From IMG/VR virus record IMGVR_UViG_3300020045_008030, positions 1 through 47,869 of that record: a stretch of 47,869 nucleotides of DNA; one strand, given 5' to 3'. Position 1 is the stretch's first letter. Each line of letters opens with the position of its first letter. The notes below the pieces were generated by a model. The model saw nothing but the letters and a program-made list of their open reading frames with translations. It did no database searches and was not told the origin of the DNA. This DNA comes from a virus (lineage: Duplodnaviria; Caudoviricetes). Shown piece after piece: positions 9,447 to 19,375 of this stretch. Made by a program: the position numbers and the translations under genes.

Positions 9447-9908
9447 ATGGGATTAATTGACAAACTTTTAAGCAGAACAATCAAGTTCAATGAACAATTA
9501 GTAAATGGTATTTTTATTCAAAATATCATTTACGAAAACGAAGCATTCATAATTGACATGAATGCTGAAGAACAACTATTTGAACAAGGAATAAACCGCT
9601 TAGGAGTTAATATATCAGATTATGCACCATATTCACCATACACGATTGAAATCAAACAACAAAAAGGGCAACCTACCGATAGGGTAACTTTGAGAGATGA
9701 AGGAGACTTTGAAAGTTCCTTCTTTCTCCAAGTAAGTGACAAGAAATTTGAAATAAAGGCAGGCGACTTTAAGACCGAAGATTTGATAAAAAAATATGGC
9801 AGGCAAATTCTTGGTTTGACAAATGAAAATATTTCGCAATTGATTTGGGACTATATTTACCCTGATTTAATCAACATCACAAAAAAGGAACTATATGGCA
9901 AAGATTGA
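9447..9908 (+). CDS. Neck / virion morphogenesis protein
   Basis: PYSPYT..K..KGQP...VTL.D.G motif; position in the neck module. Confidence 0.55.
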   Translation: MGLIDKLLSRTIKFNEQLVNGIFIQNIIYENEAFIIDMNAEEQLFEQGINRLGVNISDYAPYSPYTIEIKQQKGQPTDRVTLRDEGDFESSFFLQVSDKKFEIKAGDFKTEDLIKKYGRQILGLTNENISQLIWDYIYPDLINITKKELYGKD

Positions 9909-10464
9909 AGACATTCCAGTACTGACAAATCCACAATTGATTGATAAGGTAATTAGAGATATTCAAGTTGGATTGAAAGCAAATCTTAGTTGGCTAACTT
10001 ATGCCTTTGGCAAGGCTCAAAGGCTCGTCAAAATCATTAATGGTAAAAAATATTTTACTCCCAATGTTTACGCTGGCAAAGAAAGTTATATTGAAGTTTC
10101 GCCAACGTCAGATTATGGTAATTTTTCTTTCTTTTTCATTGATGACCCACAAGAAATTGAATGGCAACCAAAAATTCAAGGAAGATTAAATGCTAATTTT
10201 TCCTTGATTTTCTGGTTTAATATTGATAGGATTGAAGGGGCGGAGGGGCGAAACATTGAGTTTGTCAAATCTGAAATCTTAAAAACTCTAAACAGTAAGG
10301 TTTGGGTAAAAAATGGTAGATTTGAAATATCAAAAATTTACGAATTAAGCGAGAATGTTTACAAGGGCTTTTCTTTAGATGAAATTGAAAATCAATTTTT
10401 AATGCACCCTTTTTGCGGACTAAGATTTACAGGAAATTTAACTATAAACGAGAGTTGTTACTAA
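9895..10464 (+). CDS. Putative tail completion/terminator protein
   Basis: 189 aa; synteny only. Confidence 0.4.
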   Translation: MAKIEDIPVLTNPQLIDKVIRDIQVGLKANLSWLTYAFGKAQRLVKIINGKKYFTPNVYAGKESYIEVSPTSDYGNFSFFFIDDPQEIEWQPKIQGRLNANFSLIFWFNIDRIEGAEGRNIEFVKSEILKTLNSKVWVKNGRFEISKIYELSENVYKGFSLDEIENQFLMHPFCGLRFTGNLTINESCY

Positions 10465-10465
10465 G

Positions 10466-10720
10466 ATGGAACTATTAATCATCATAATTTACATTGCTTT
10501 GTTTTCGGCTTTTACAATTCAATTACTTAGAAAAATTGGGTTATTTGAATATGTGCAAGTTCATGGCAATGATTTTTTTTATCAATTATCCAAGTGCGAT
10601 TTTTGTTTGTCTTTTTGGCATTGCCTTATGTTATCAATAGCACTGGTAATTTATAAACAAGATTTCATTTATTTTATCATTCCTTTTTTTGCAACGCCAA
10701 TAACTAAAAAGTTTTTATGA
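10466..10720 (+). CDS. Small membrane protein with CxxC (DUF1360-like)
   Basis: Hydrophobic segments flanking CDFCLSFW. Confidence 0.55.
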   Translation: MELLIIIIYIALFSAFTIQLLRKIGLFEYVQVHGNDFFYQLSKCDFCLSFWHCLMLSIALVIYKQDFIYFIIPFFATPITKKFL

Positions 10721-11469
10721 GAAAACTACAAATAGGTAAATATGTTGTTGAGATGTATGATTCTATTGAAGATTTGCCAATTGCAAGATTTCATAAATTC
10801 AACAAAATGATAATGATTGACGCTGGTTTAGGTTCTGACATGGCTTCTTTTGACGCTCACATACAAAAGGCAATTACATTTTGTAGAGTTAATCCAGAAT
10901 ACACGGCACAAGAGCTTGATAACTTGCGTCAAAACGTCTATATGGTTCAATCTGAACTGTCTCCTAAGATGTTGGCATTTTGCACGCTTGTAAGGTCAAT
11001 TGATGGCAAAGAATACCTTGATATTTCTGATGATTCACTAAAGGAAATGCAAAAAATGTTTTCAGACCTCACAGTAAAAGAAATGACCGCTCAAATTGAG
11101 TCGGTCAAAAAAAAAATAGATGAAGAATTAAAGTTGTATTATCCAAGCCAATTTGATGACGATGCAAGTGTAAAAGAATACTTTGACAAAATCAGAAAAA
11201 GAACATTGTTAATGCTTGATTCTATTATTGAAGGGAAAGATAATGAAAGCGAAATTGAAGAGATTACTACGGCTTTGATGATTCATTCAAAGCCTTTAGT
11301 TTTTCAAGGGGCGAAATCAGTTGAAATTCAACACGACAAACAATTTGAAGAAATGTGTCTTTTATTATCTCATCAATTACACATCAACCCAAAACAATAC
11401 ACTACATTAGAATTTTACTCCGCATTTGAGTACGTAAAAAAAATTTTAAAGGCTAAAAATAAAAAGTGA
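10717..11469 (+). CDS. Putative tail assembly chaperone
   Basis: 250 aa helical protein upstream of the tape measure; central A10 run at 11107-11116. Confidence 0.45.
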   Translation: MRKLQIGKYVVEMYDSIEDLPIARFHKFNKMIMIDAGLGSDMASFDAHIQKAITFCRVNPEYTAQELDNLRQNVYMVQSELSPKMLAFCTLVRSIDGKEYLDISDDSLKEMQKMFSDLTVKEMTAQIESVKKKIDEELKLYYPSQFDDDASVKEYFDKIRKRTLLMLDSIIEGKDNESEIEEITTALMIHSKPLVFQGAKSVEIQHDKQFEEMCLLLSHQLHINPKQYTTLEFYSAFEYVKKILKAKNKK

Positions 11470-11726
11470 TGCTACTAAATGTAATGACAAGGCTGTTTTA
11501 CCATGAAGTAAATGGAGTTCAACCGCCATCAAAAGACGTTAGATGTTCAATAGAATTTTCTGAAATAGTTGGTTTTTATGAATTGCCTCCTGATGAACAA
11601 TACGAAATAGAAACAATAAGATTGATTCTAAGAAATAATCAAGAAATGCGAGTTTTAATATCTTTTGATGAGTTTACAGCAATTCAAAATGAATATAAAT
11701 CAAAAATTAAATTGTTTTTAAACTAA
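11466..11726 (+). CDS. Hypothetical protein
   Basis: 86 aa, translationally coupled between chaperone and tape measure. Confidence 0.65.
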   Translation: MMLLNVMTRLFYHEVNGVQPPSKDVRCSIEFSEIVGFYELPPDEQYEIETIRLILRNNQEMRVLISFDEFTAIQNEYKSKIKLFLN

Positions 11727-11730
11727 TACT

Positions 11731-14700
11731 ATGACAAATGACAATCCAATTTTATATTCCGACTTAGTTAAGCCAGACAATTCTATTGTTGATTTGATTA
11801 AGCAACTTAAAGAACTCCAAAACGAGTATTCAAAAACACTTGAATCTGTAAAGTCAGAGGCAATTACAGTAAAAGCGGCTTTGTCTGGTTTGTCTGGTGC
11901 GACTGCTGAAAATCGTGAGCAAATAAAAAAGTCAGTTGGTGAAGTTGATAGACTTTCAAAAGCTCAAAAAGAACTTGCTTTTGCTGAAAGTGAAACAGCA
12001 AAAGAAATTGCAAAATTAAAATTGGCACAAAATGAAGCCAATACCCTCAATAAGCTTCAAGTAAGGTTGAATCAATCCGCCGAGGGAAGTTATAACAGGC
12101 TTTCAGCTCAATACTCAATCAATAAAATTCGATTGAATAATATGAGTAAAGCCGAAAGAGAAGCAACAAAAGAAGGCAAGCAACTTGAGCAACAAACTGC
12201 AAATATTTTTGAAGAAATGAAAAAAATGCAAGTTGTTGTAAATGATTATAAAAATGACATTTTAGGGGCATCAAAAGAACAAAATCGTCTTAAAGATGAA
12301 TTACTTAAAACTCAATTAAATTTTAAAAATCAACCTTTAATTATCAAAAATAACATAGATGCTTTATCGCAATATGAAAACAAAATAAATAATATTATTA
12401 AAGATATTAATGCTTTGGGACAAGTTACTGGAAAAACTTACCACAATATTCAAGATGTTGAATTTGAAAAAGATTTATTATTATCAAAAAAAAACAAAGA
12501 TAAAATACAAGAAACAGATAATAATAGATTATCAAAACTTCAAATTAAATTAAATTCTTCTTTAGAAGGAAGTTATGATAAATTGTCTGCACAATATTCT
12601 ATTAACAAAATACTTTTAAACAAAATGAGTTCAGAGGAAAGAAATAGTACAGAATCTGGACAACTATTAGAACAGCAAACAAGAGAGATTTACGAAGAAA
12701 TGAAGCGTTTGCAAGAAGCAACTGGTAAATATTCTCTTAACGTTGGTAACTATAAAAATGATATTCTTGGAGCATTTAAGGAACAAGAACGCTTAAAAAA
12801 TGAACTAATTAAAACAAAAAGAGAGTTTGAAAGCCAACCTTCTGTTATCAAGAAAAATAAAGATGCCATATCTCAATATGATACGAAGGTTGAGGAATTA
12901 AAAAAGGATATTAATGCCTTGGGGCAAGTGACTGGAAAAACCTATGATAATATTCAAGATGTTGAATTTGAAGAGGTTTTGACTAGTTATAATGAGAATT
13001 TAAAAGAAGCTTTAGGCTTAAACAACCAATTCGGCAATTCTCTTTTGAATTTAGCTCAATCGGGACAAGGCATGAACGGGTTATTTACTTCTTTGGGCAA
13101 TGGTGCAAAGGCTTTAGGGCAAACCTTATTTGTATTATTGGCTAACCCTGTATTTCTTGCAATTGCTGGTATTGCTGGTGTGGGTGCAGCTTTTAAATTT
13201 TGGTATGATTACAATCAAGGCTTAACCGAAGCGACAAGACTTACTCAACAGTTCTCAAATAAATCTGGTGACGATTTAAAGCAATTTAGAAACGAAGTTC
13301 AATCGGTTGCCGATACTTTCAATAAAGATTTCAAGGAAACTTTGATTTCAGCCAATGCCGTTGCAAAGCAATTTGGCATATCTCAAGATGAATCTTTGAA
13401 ATTGATTGAAAAGGGCTTCATTGCTGGAGCGGATGCCAACGGGGAATTTTTGCAAAATCTAAAAGAATATCCTGCTTATTTTAAAGAAGCTGGAATTTCT
13501 GCGAGTGAATTTATTGCAATTACTACGCAAACAAATAAACTTGGAATCTACTCAGATAAAGGCATTGATACGATAAAAGAAGGGAATATCCGTATTCGTG
13601 AAATGACGAAAGCCACATCCGACGCACTGAAAGGCATTGGAATAAATGCTACTCAAGTTCAAAAGGATTTGCAAAATGGAAGCAAAACAACTTTTGATGT
13701 GATGCAAGAAGTTTCAACAAAGCTTAATGAATTACCAGAAAGTTCGGCAGCGGTTGGAACAGCAATTGCCGACATATTTGGAGGACCAGGAGAAGACGCA
13801 GGCTTGCAATATTTGAAAACACTAAAAGACATTGATACCAATTTAGATAATGTCAAAAAGAATGCTGGTGAACTTGGTGCATTGCAAGAAGAACAATTAA
13901 GAAGTCAAGCAGAATTAAACAATGTTATTGCTGGTTTATTTGATGCCACTGGAGGAAGCTTTGAATCTTTAACAACAAATGCAAGAATTTTCCTCAATGA
14001 CATTTTAATAAAATTGATAACTGGTGTCATTGATTTGACAAACTATTTCATAAAGCTTTACAATGATTCAATTTTGTTTCGTTCGCTTATCGGTGGATTA
14101 GCAATTGCGTGGGATACTCTATACAGTGTTGTTAAGTCAGTTTTTACATTTATCATTGAACAAGGAAAAGTTGCGGGCGATATTGTCCACGGAATATTTA
14201 CTTTAGATTTCGCTGAAATTAAAAATGCTTATGCACAATGGGGCAAAAATACCGTAAATATCTTTAGGAACATTGGGAAGGGAACGGCTAAAGCTTTTAA
14301 CGATGGGTTCAAAGGAATGTTGGATAAAGTAAAACCAATACAGATACCAACAACCGTATTGGGTAGTAGCACAACCACAAAAACTGGCGGAAGTGGTGGA
14401 AAAACTCATCCAAAAATAACTACTCCATTAACTCGAAAGGAAATTGAAGATATTAGAAAAAAGAATCTTGATTTGCAAAGAAAATATGAAGATGCTCAAA
14501 CTGAATTAATTGCAGACGAATTTGATAAAAGGCGTAAAAAGGTACTTATTGAGTATGATAGACAGAAAACTGATTTAGAATATCAACTTAAAACAGATAA
14601 GCAATTAAATGAAGAGGGTAGAAATGCAATCAATGGCTCAATCTTATTACTCGAAGAAAAAAAGACCAAAGATTTAAGCGACATTGAAAATGAAAGAGAA

Positions 14701-16029
14701 TTGCAATTACTCAACATTCAAAAGCAAGGCTTAGAACTTAGATTATCAACAGCAAAAAAGGGTTCTGAACAGGAATTGAACTTGAGAAATGAATTAATTG
14801 AGAAAGAAAGACAAATTGCTTTAGCTGAAAATAATAAAAAGCCAATTACTCAGAAGCAAGACCCTTCTTCAATTAATGCAAGGTTTGACTTATTGGTAAA
14901 AAATAGTAAAGATGAATATGCACAATTGTCATTATTGCAGTTCGACAATCAACAAAAACTTGCACAATCGGAGTTCGATTTGTTGAAAAAAACAGAAGCC
15001 GAAAAGACAAGATTTAAGCTTGAACAAGAAAAAGCTCGTTTGCAAAAAATCCTTGAAGTTAATTCAAAACTTAACAATCAATTAAGTAAAAATGAAATAG
15101 ATACTATCAAGAATACAATCAAGCAGATTGATTCTGAAATATCGCTATTAGCTCAACAGCCAAAAGATATTTACGAAATGTTAGGCATAAAATTGAATGA
15201 ACCCCAAAAGCAAGCCATTTCGGAATCTACCAACTTTGCTTTGTCTAATTTAAAATCAATCCTTGATGCAAATGTTCAATTAGCTGATGTTGCAATACAA
15301 AAGTCTCAATCAGAAGTAGAAGCAACAAAAAGTAGATTAGACCAAGAGATTGAAGCCCGTAATAATGGATATGCCAACAATGTGATGTTGGCACAAAAAG
15401 AAAACGAACTTGCAAAAAAACAACTTGAACAGGCAAATAAAGACAAAGAAAAAGCCGTAAAAAAACAACAATTGCTTGATACTATTACTCAGACTTCAAG
15501 TCTAATAACAGCATCCGCAAACATTTGGGCTTCACTTTCAGCAATTCCGATTGTTGGCGTTGGTTTGGCGGTGGCGGCACTTGCTACGATGTGGGGAAGT
15601 TTTGCAGCAGCTAAAATTAAAGCTGGTGAAGTGACGAAGGAAAGTTATGGAGACGGTACTGTTGAGTTGTTGCAAGGTGGTTCGCACCAATCTGGAAGTG
15701 ACATTGATTTAGGCACAAAGCCCGACGGCACAAAAAGGCGTGCGGAGGGTGGTGAGTTTTTTGCAGTGATAAATAAGCGAAATTCAAAACGTTATCGTCA
15801 TGTTATTCCCGATGTCATAAATTCTTTAAATAGCGGTTCTTTTGCAGAGAAATATTTGAAATCATATAGAACAGACTCAGTAAACTTGAATCTTAAAAAT
15901 GAATCTATTGATATGAAAGATATTAGCGACGACGTAAAAGAGATTAAAAATCAGAATCGCAAAAAGATTTATTCGTCAAACGGAAAAACAGTAGAGAGGT
16001 ATAAGAATTTAACACGAACTTATAAATAA
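11731..16029 (+). CDS. Tail tape measure protein
   Basis: 1432 aa coiled-coil; GSYNRLSAQ and NVGNY motifs; minor-tail-like core (DTIKE, IFGGPGED); hydrophobic Ala/Gly stretches. Confidence 0.9.
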   Translation: MTNDNPILYSDLVKPDNSIVDLIKQLKELQNEYSKTLESVKSEAITVKAALSGLSGATAENREQIKKSVGEVDRLSKAQKELAFAESETAKEIAKLKLAQNEANTLNKLQVRLNQSAEGSYNRLSAQYSINKIRLNNMSKAEREATKEGKQLEQQTANIFEEMKKMQVVVNDYKNDILGASKEQNRLKDELLKTQLNFKNQPLIIKNNIDALSQYENKINNIIKDINALGQVTGKTYHNIQDVEFEKDLLLSKKNKDKIQETDNNRLSKLQIKLNSSLEGSYDKLSAQYSINKILLNKMSSEERNSTESGQLLEQQTREIYEEMKRLQEATGKYSLNVGNYKNDILGAFKEQERLKNELIKTKREFESQPSVIKKNKDAISQYDTKVEELKKDINALGQVTGKTYDNIQDVEFEEVLTSYNENLKEALGLNNQFGNSLLNLAQSGQGMNGLFTSLGNGAKALGQTLFVLLANPVFLAIAGIAGVGAAFKFWYDYNQGLTEATRLTQQFSNKSGDDLKQFRNEVQSVADTFNKDFKETLISANAVAKQFGISQDESLKLIEKGFIAGADANGEFLQNLKEYPAYFKEAGISASEFIAITTQTNKLGIYSDKGIDTIKEGNIRIREMTKATSDALKGIGINATQVQKDLQNGSKTTFDVMQEVSTKLNELPESSAAVGTAIADIFGGPGEDAGLQYLKTLKDIDTNLDNVKKNAGELGALQEEQLRSQAELNNVIAGLFDATGGSFESLTTNARIFLNDILIKLITGVIDLTNYFIKLYNDSILFRSLIGGLAIAWDTLYSVVKSVFTFIIEQGKVAGDIVHGIFTLDFAEIKNAYAQWGKNTVNIFRNIGKGTAKAFNDGFKGMLDKVKPIQIPTTVLGSSTTTKTGGSGGKTHPKITTPLTRKEIEDIRKKNLDLQRKYEDAQTELIADEFDKRRKKVLIEYDRQKTDLEYQLKTDKQLNEEGRNAINGSILLLEEKKTKDLSDIENERELQLLNIQKQGLELRLSTAKKGSEQELNLRNELIEKERQIALAENNKKPITQKQDPSSINARFDLLVKNSKDEYAQLSLLQFDNQQKLAQSEFDLLKKTEAEKTRFKLEQEKARLQKILEVNSKLNNQLSKNEIDTIKNTIKQIDSEISLLAQQPKDIYEMLGIKLNEPQKQAISESTNFALSNLKSILDANVQLADVAIQKSQSEVEATKSRLDQEIEARNNGYANNVMLAQKENELAKKQLEQANKDKEKAVKKQQLLDTITQTSSLITASANIWASLSAIPIVGVGLAVAALATMWGSFAAAKIKAGEVTKESYGDGTVELLQGGSHQSGSDIDLGTKPDGTKRRAEGGEFFAVINKRNSKRYRHVIPDVINSLNSGSFAEKYLKSYRTDSVNLNLKNESIDMKDISDDVKEIKNQNRKKIYSSNGKTVERYKNLTRTYK

Positions 16030-16030
16030 T

Positions 16031-18526
16031 ATGAATCCAATTTATAAATTCTCAATATTGATAGGGGCTACGGAAACAACCGTAACCCCTAATTACAATA
16101 CGGATGTTACTAAAAATTATGATTTAGAAGGTGAAGAAAAGTTTTTTCGTGCTAAAATTTTGGGGACTTTTAATTTCATTAGAGAAGATTTTGACTTTGT
16201 TTATTCTCAAGATTTTGAGACTGAATTTATCTTTATTGTTTATAAGTCAAATAATGGTGGTCAAAGTTGGTCGGAATATTGGCGAGGAATCTTCACAAAA
16301 ACGGATTGCAAATTTGATTTGGATGACAAATCATGTTTGGTTGAACCTTCAATTTTAGACCAATATAATTCTGTTCTTCAAGGAATAGAAAAGGAATATG
16401 ATTTGATTAAATTGTTTCCTGAGATAAAAAACATATTGATTGAGAAAAGACCACTTTTACAAGTTTATATACCGGGCGAAAGTGCCGTTTCGTGTTTTTT
16501 AGGCGGGAATTATTGGCAACAAGAATCAAATCAAATATCTGACGAAAACGAACTTGTAAATACCTACTATTTTTCTTTAGGGAATTTGTTAAAAGAAATT
16601 AGAGTAACAGTAACAGGCACTCCGACAAATGCTTCTGGCTTGTATATTGGTCGAATGACTACTATTGACGAAACGGAATATCAAGGAAACTTTTATCCTA
16701 CGCATACAAACGATTATTATATTCATGCTACACAAGATAAAGCAAGCCCAAATCATTACTCAAATAGATTCTATCAATTAAGGCGAACTTCTGACGATTT
16801 AACAATTTTTAATTTTGCTGAATTTTTCACTGCTGAATTTGACAATGTAGATTTTAGCCTTTCGCCAATGAACGGTGCAACGGGGGCGGCGTTGGCTGAA
16901 ATGAAAACATATAATATTTTTGCAAGGTATCTCTTAGACAAAGAAGAGCTTTTCGGGCTAAACACATACACTTTGCCAATTGACGATATTGTGCCAGACA
17001 ATCGTAATTACAAAAGAGCAATTGGCTACGCACTCGAAGTGTTTTATATTTCTGGTAGATATTCAGATACGCCAAACGAATGGGGATTAGCACCCAACGA
17101 CAAATATTATTTGCCTCCTTATTCAATTACAGGTGATACTTTCTACCCAATTTCACGGGCAAATTGGGGTTTTGCATCTATTTGGTTTGCGTATTATCTC
17201 TTAGATGAAAGCATAGAAAAGCAAGGAAGGCAAACATATAATTTAAAAGATTCTTATCCTTTGTATTCAGCTATTTCAAAACTGCTTACTCAGATAGCAC
17301 CAAGCATAAGCCATGAGCCAACGGAAGAATATTCAAAATTCCTTTATGGAACATTGAACCCAATCACAAATGGCAAATTCTGGTTATTCATAACACAAAA
17401 ATCCAATATTCTTAGTGGGAACTATGATAATCCAGCCCAAAAAGCACCAATAACATTGAAGGACTTAACAAATATGTTAAGGGATTGCTTTAGATGTTTT
17501 TGGTATGTTGAAGACAATAAATTTAAAATTGAGCATATTACCTTTTTTATGAACGGGGGTTCATATACTGAAAGTCCAGAAGTTCAATTTGATTTGACAA
17601 ATTATGTCAATAGACCCAATCAAAAACCATGGGCCTTTGCAACGAATAAATTTGATTACGAAAAACTTGATTTGCCAGAAAGATTTCAATTCAATTGGAT
17701 GGATGATGTTACATTAGGTTTTGAGGGGTTTCCAATTGAGGTTCTTAGTAGATATGTTCAATTAGGCAAAATTGAGGAGGTTTCTTTGTCGAAGTTTACT
17801 TCTGACATAGATTATTTATTGCTCAATCCTTCTAATGTTTCAAAAGATGGTTTTGCATTGATGGCAGGCATTTACGCCAACGGGCTTACATTCCCAGACA
17901 CGGGGTCGTTTGATGGTAGTGAGGGAACTGATTCTTACACTTCACCAAAATATAAAATCAAAACTTTTGTTCAAGGCAAGCAAGCCATTGCCAAATTTTT
18001 AGGGAGGTCAGATTTTTCAGGTGCAACGGGTCAAGTGATATTTTATAAAGAAAATACTGTTATTTCGGCACAAGGTTCATTTACGCTTACTTCGACCCAA
18101 CAACAGTACAATATCAATGTTGATATTCCAATAGGAGCGGATGAAATAGGCTTTGAGGTTTCTGGTTACGGATTTTTTGTGTTTTATGACTTAGAAGCTC
18201 AATCCATGTTTGAGCTACCTTTTGTAAGTCGAACAGCAAACGGTGTAGATTACATCTTGCAAAATGGCTTAATGAGTTTCTTGTATTTAATTCCTAATTT
18301 CTATCCTTTTGATTTGCCAGCAACAAGCGTAAAAATTAATAATCAAGTAGTTTCTGCTTTAGGCATTACAAAGAAAAAGAAACAAATCGTTTCCTTTCCT
18401 TCGATGAATGACCCAGAAACAATAAAATTAATTACTACGGGCTTAGGTGACGGTGAAATTCACAATATTAGCGTAAATTTACATTCAAGGATGAATACTA
18501 TTGAGCTCAGATATGACACAGAATAA
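16031..18526 (+). CDS. Tail tip/hub structural protein
   Basis: 831 aa, beta-rich, directly after the tape measure. Confidence 0.55.
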   Translation: MNPIYKFSILIGATETTVTPNYNTDVTKNYDLEGEEKFFRAKILGTFNFIREDFDFVYSQDFETEFIFIVYKSNNGGQSWSEYWRGIFTKTDCKFDLDDKSCLVEPSILDQYNSVLQGIEKEYDLIKLFPEIKNILIEKRPLLQVYIPGESAVSCFLGGNYWQQESNQISDENELVNTYYFSLGNLLKEIRVTVTGTPTNASGLYIGRMTTIDETEYQGNFYPTHTNDYYIHATQDKASPNHYSNRFYQLRRTSDDLTIFNFAEFFTAEFDNVDFSLSPMNGATGAALAEMKTYNIFARYLLDKEELFGLNTYTLPIDDIVPDNRNYKRAIGYALEVFYISGRYSDTPNEWGLAPNDKYYLPPYSITGDTFYPISRANWGFASIWFAYYLLDESIEKQGRQTYNLKDSYPLYSAISKLLTQIAPSISHEPTEEYSKFLYGTLNPITNGKFWLFITQKSNILSGNYDNPAQKAPITLKDLTNMLRDCFRCFWYVEDNKFKIEHITFFMNGGSYTESPEVQFDLTNYVNRPNQKPWAFATNKFDYEKLDLPERFQFNWMDDVTLGFEGFPIEVLSRYVQLGKIEEVSLSKFTSDIDYLLLNPSNVSKDGFALMAGIYANGLTFPDTGSFDGSEGTDSYTSPKYKIKTFVQGKQAIAKFLGRSDFSGATGQVIFYKENTVISAQGSFTLTSTQQQYNINVDIPIGADEIGFEVSGYGFFVFYDLEAQSMFELPFVSRTANGVDYILQNGLMSFLYLIPNFYPFDLPATSVKINNQVVSALGITKKKKQIVSFPSMNDPETIKLITTGLGDGEIHNISVNLHSRMNTIELRYDTE

Positions 18527-19364
18527 CAATTTATCGGTATTACCATTTTATGATGATTTTAAATATCAACATGACCAGAAATCTTATGCTTATGGCAAGA
18601 TTTACCCTTTGTATGTACCAGTCAATATCTTGTTACCATTTCAGATTATTCGTCAAACTCGTTCAAATGCCATTACTCAAGTAAGGCTTTTCAATAATGA
18701 CGGAAGCTTGTTTTTGGACATAACAAGTCAAATTGTTGAAGTTGGCTTACAGATTAAAAGATTTGAATCTTTAGGCTATGATGTAATTGTAAATTTTGGG
18801 TTATTACCAATGTCAATTTCAATGCCAGAAGGTGTATTTTATTTGTCGCTTACAGATGGAATAGAAACATGGTATTCTGAAAAATTCACCGCCGTAAACA
18901 ACTTATCTAAACATATCAAAATTGAATGGTACGACTTAGAAGATATATTTTTTGAGAATGGTGCAATTGTTTACAGTCCTTCGTTTAAAAATGTGATTTA
19001 CATTGACTCCGAAATAGGAAAGCCAGATTATGTTTTTGAAGAAGAAGGCGAAAAAAGGGATGGATATTTCTTTCCAGAAAAGCAGATTTCTCAAAAAACT
19101 TTTAAATTCACATTTCTTGCACCTGAATATGTTTGTGATGCAATGAGAATTATCAGAATGAGCGATTTTGTAAAAATCACAAGCAACGGAATAACTTATA
19201 ACTGTGATACCTTTTTGATGACTCCCAAATGGGAAATACAAGGGGATTTGGCAAGCGTCGAAGTGGAATTTGAAACAGGAACAGTAATTAAAAAGATTGG
19301 CAGGGGTTTCATTCCACAAACAGGAGACTTTAATAATGATTTCAATAACGATTTTAATAACTAA
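18513..19364 (+). CDS. Tail structural protein
   Basis: ATG at 18513; ends in a GDFNNDFNNDFNN repeat; tail module. Confidence 0.55.
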   Translation: MTQNNNLSVLPFYDDFKYQHDQKSYAYGKIYPLYVPVNILLPFQIIRQTRSNAITQVRLFNNDGSLFLDITSQIVEVGLQIKRFESLGYDVIVNFGLLPMSISMPEGVFYLSLTDGIETWYSEKFTAVNNLSKHIKIEWYDLEDIFFENGAIVYSPSFKNVIYIDSEIGKPDYVFEEEGEKRDGYFFPEKQISQKTFKFTFLAPEYVCDAMRIIRMSDFVKITSNGITYNCDTFLMTPKWEIQGDLASVEVEFETGTVIKKIGRGFIPQTGDFNNDFNNDFNN

Positions 19365-19375
19365 AACATAAATAT

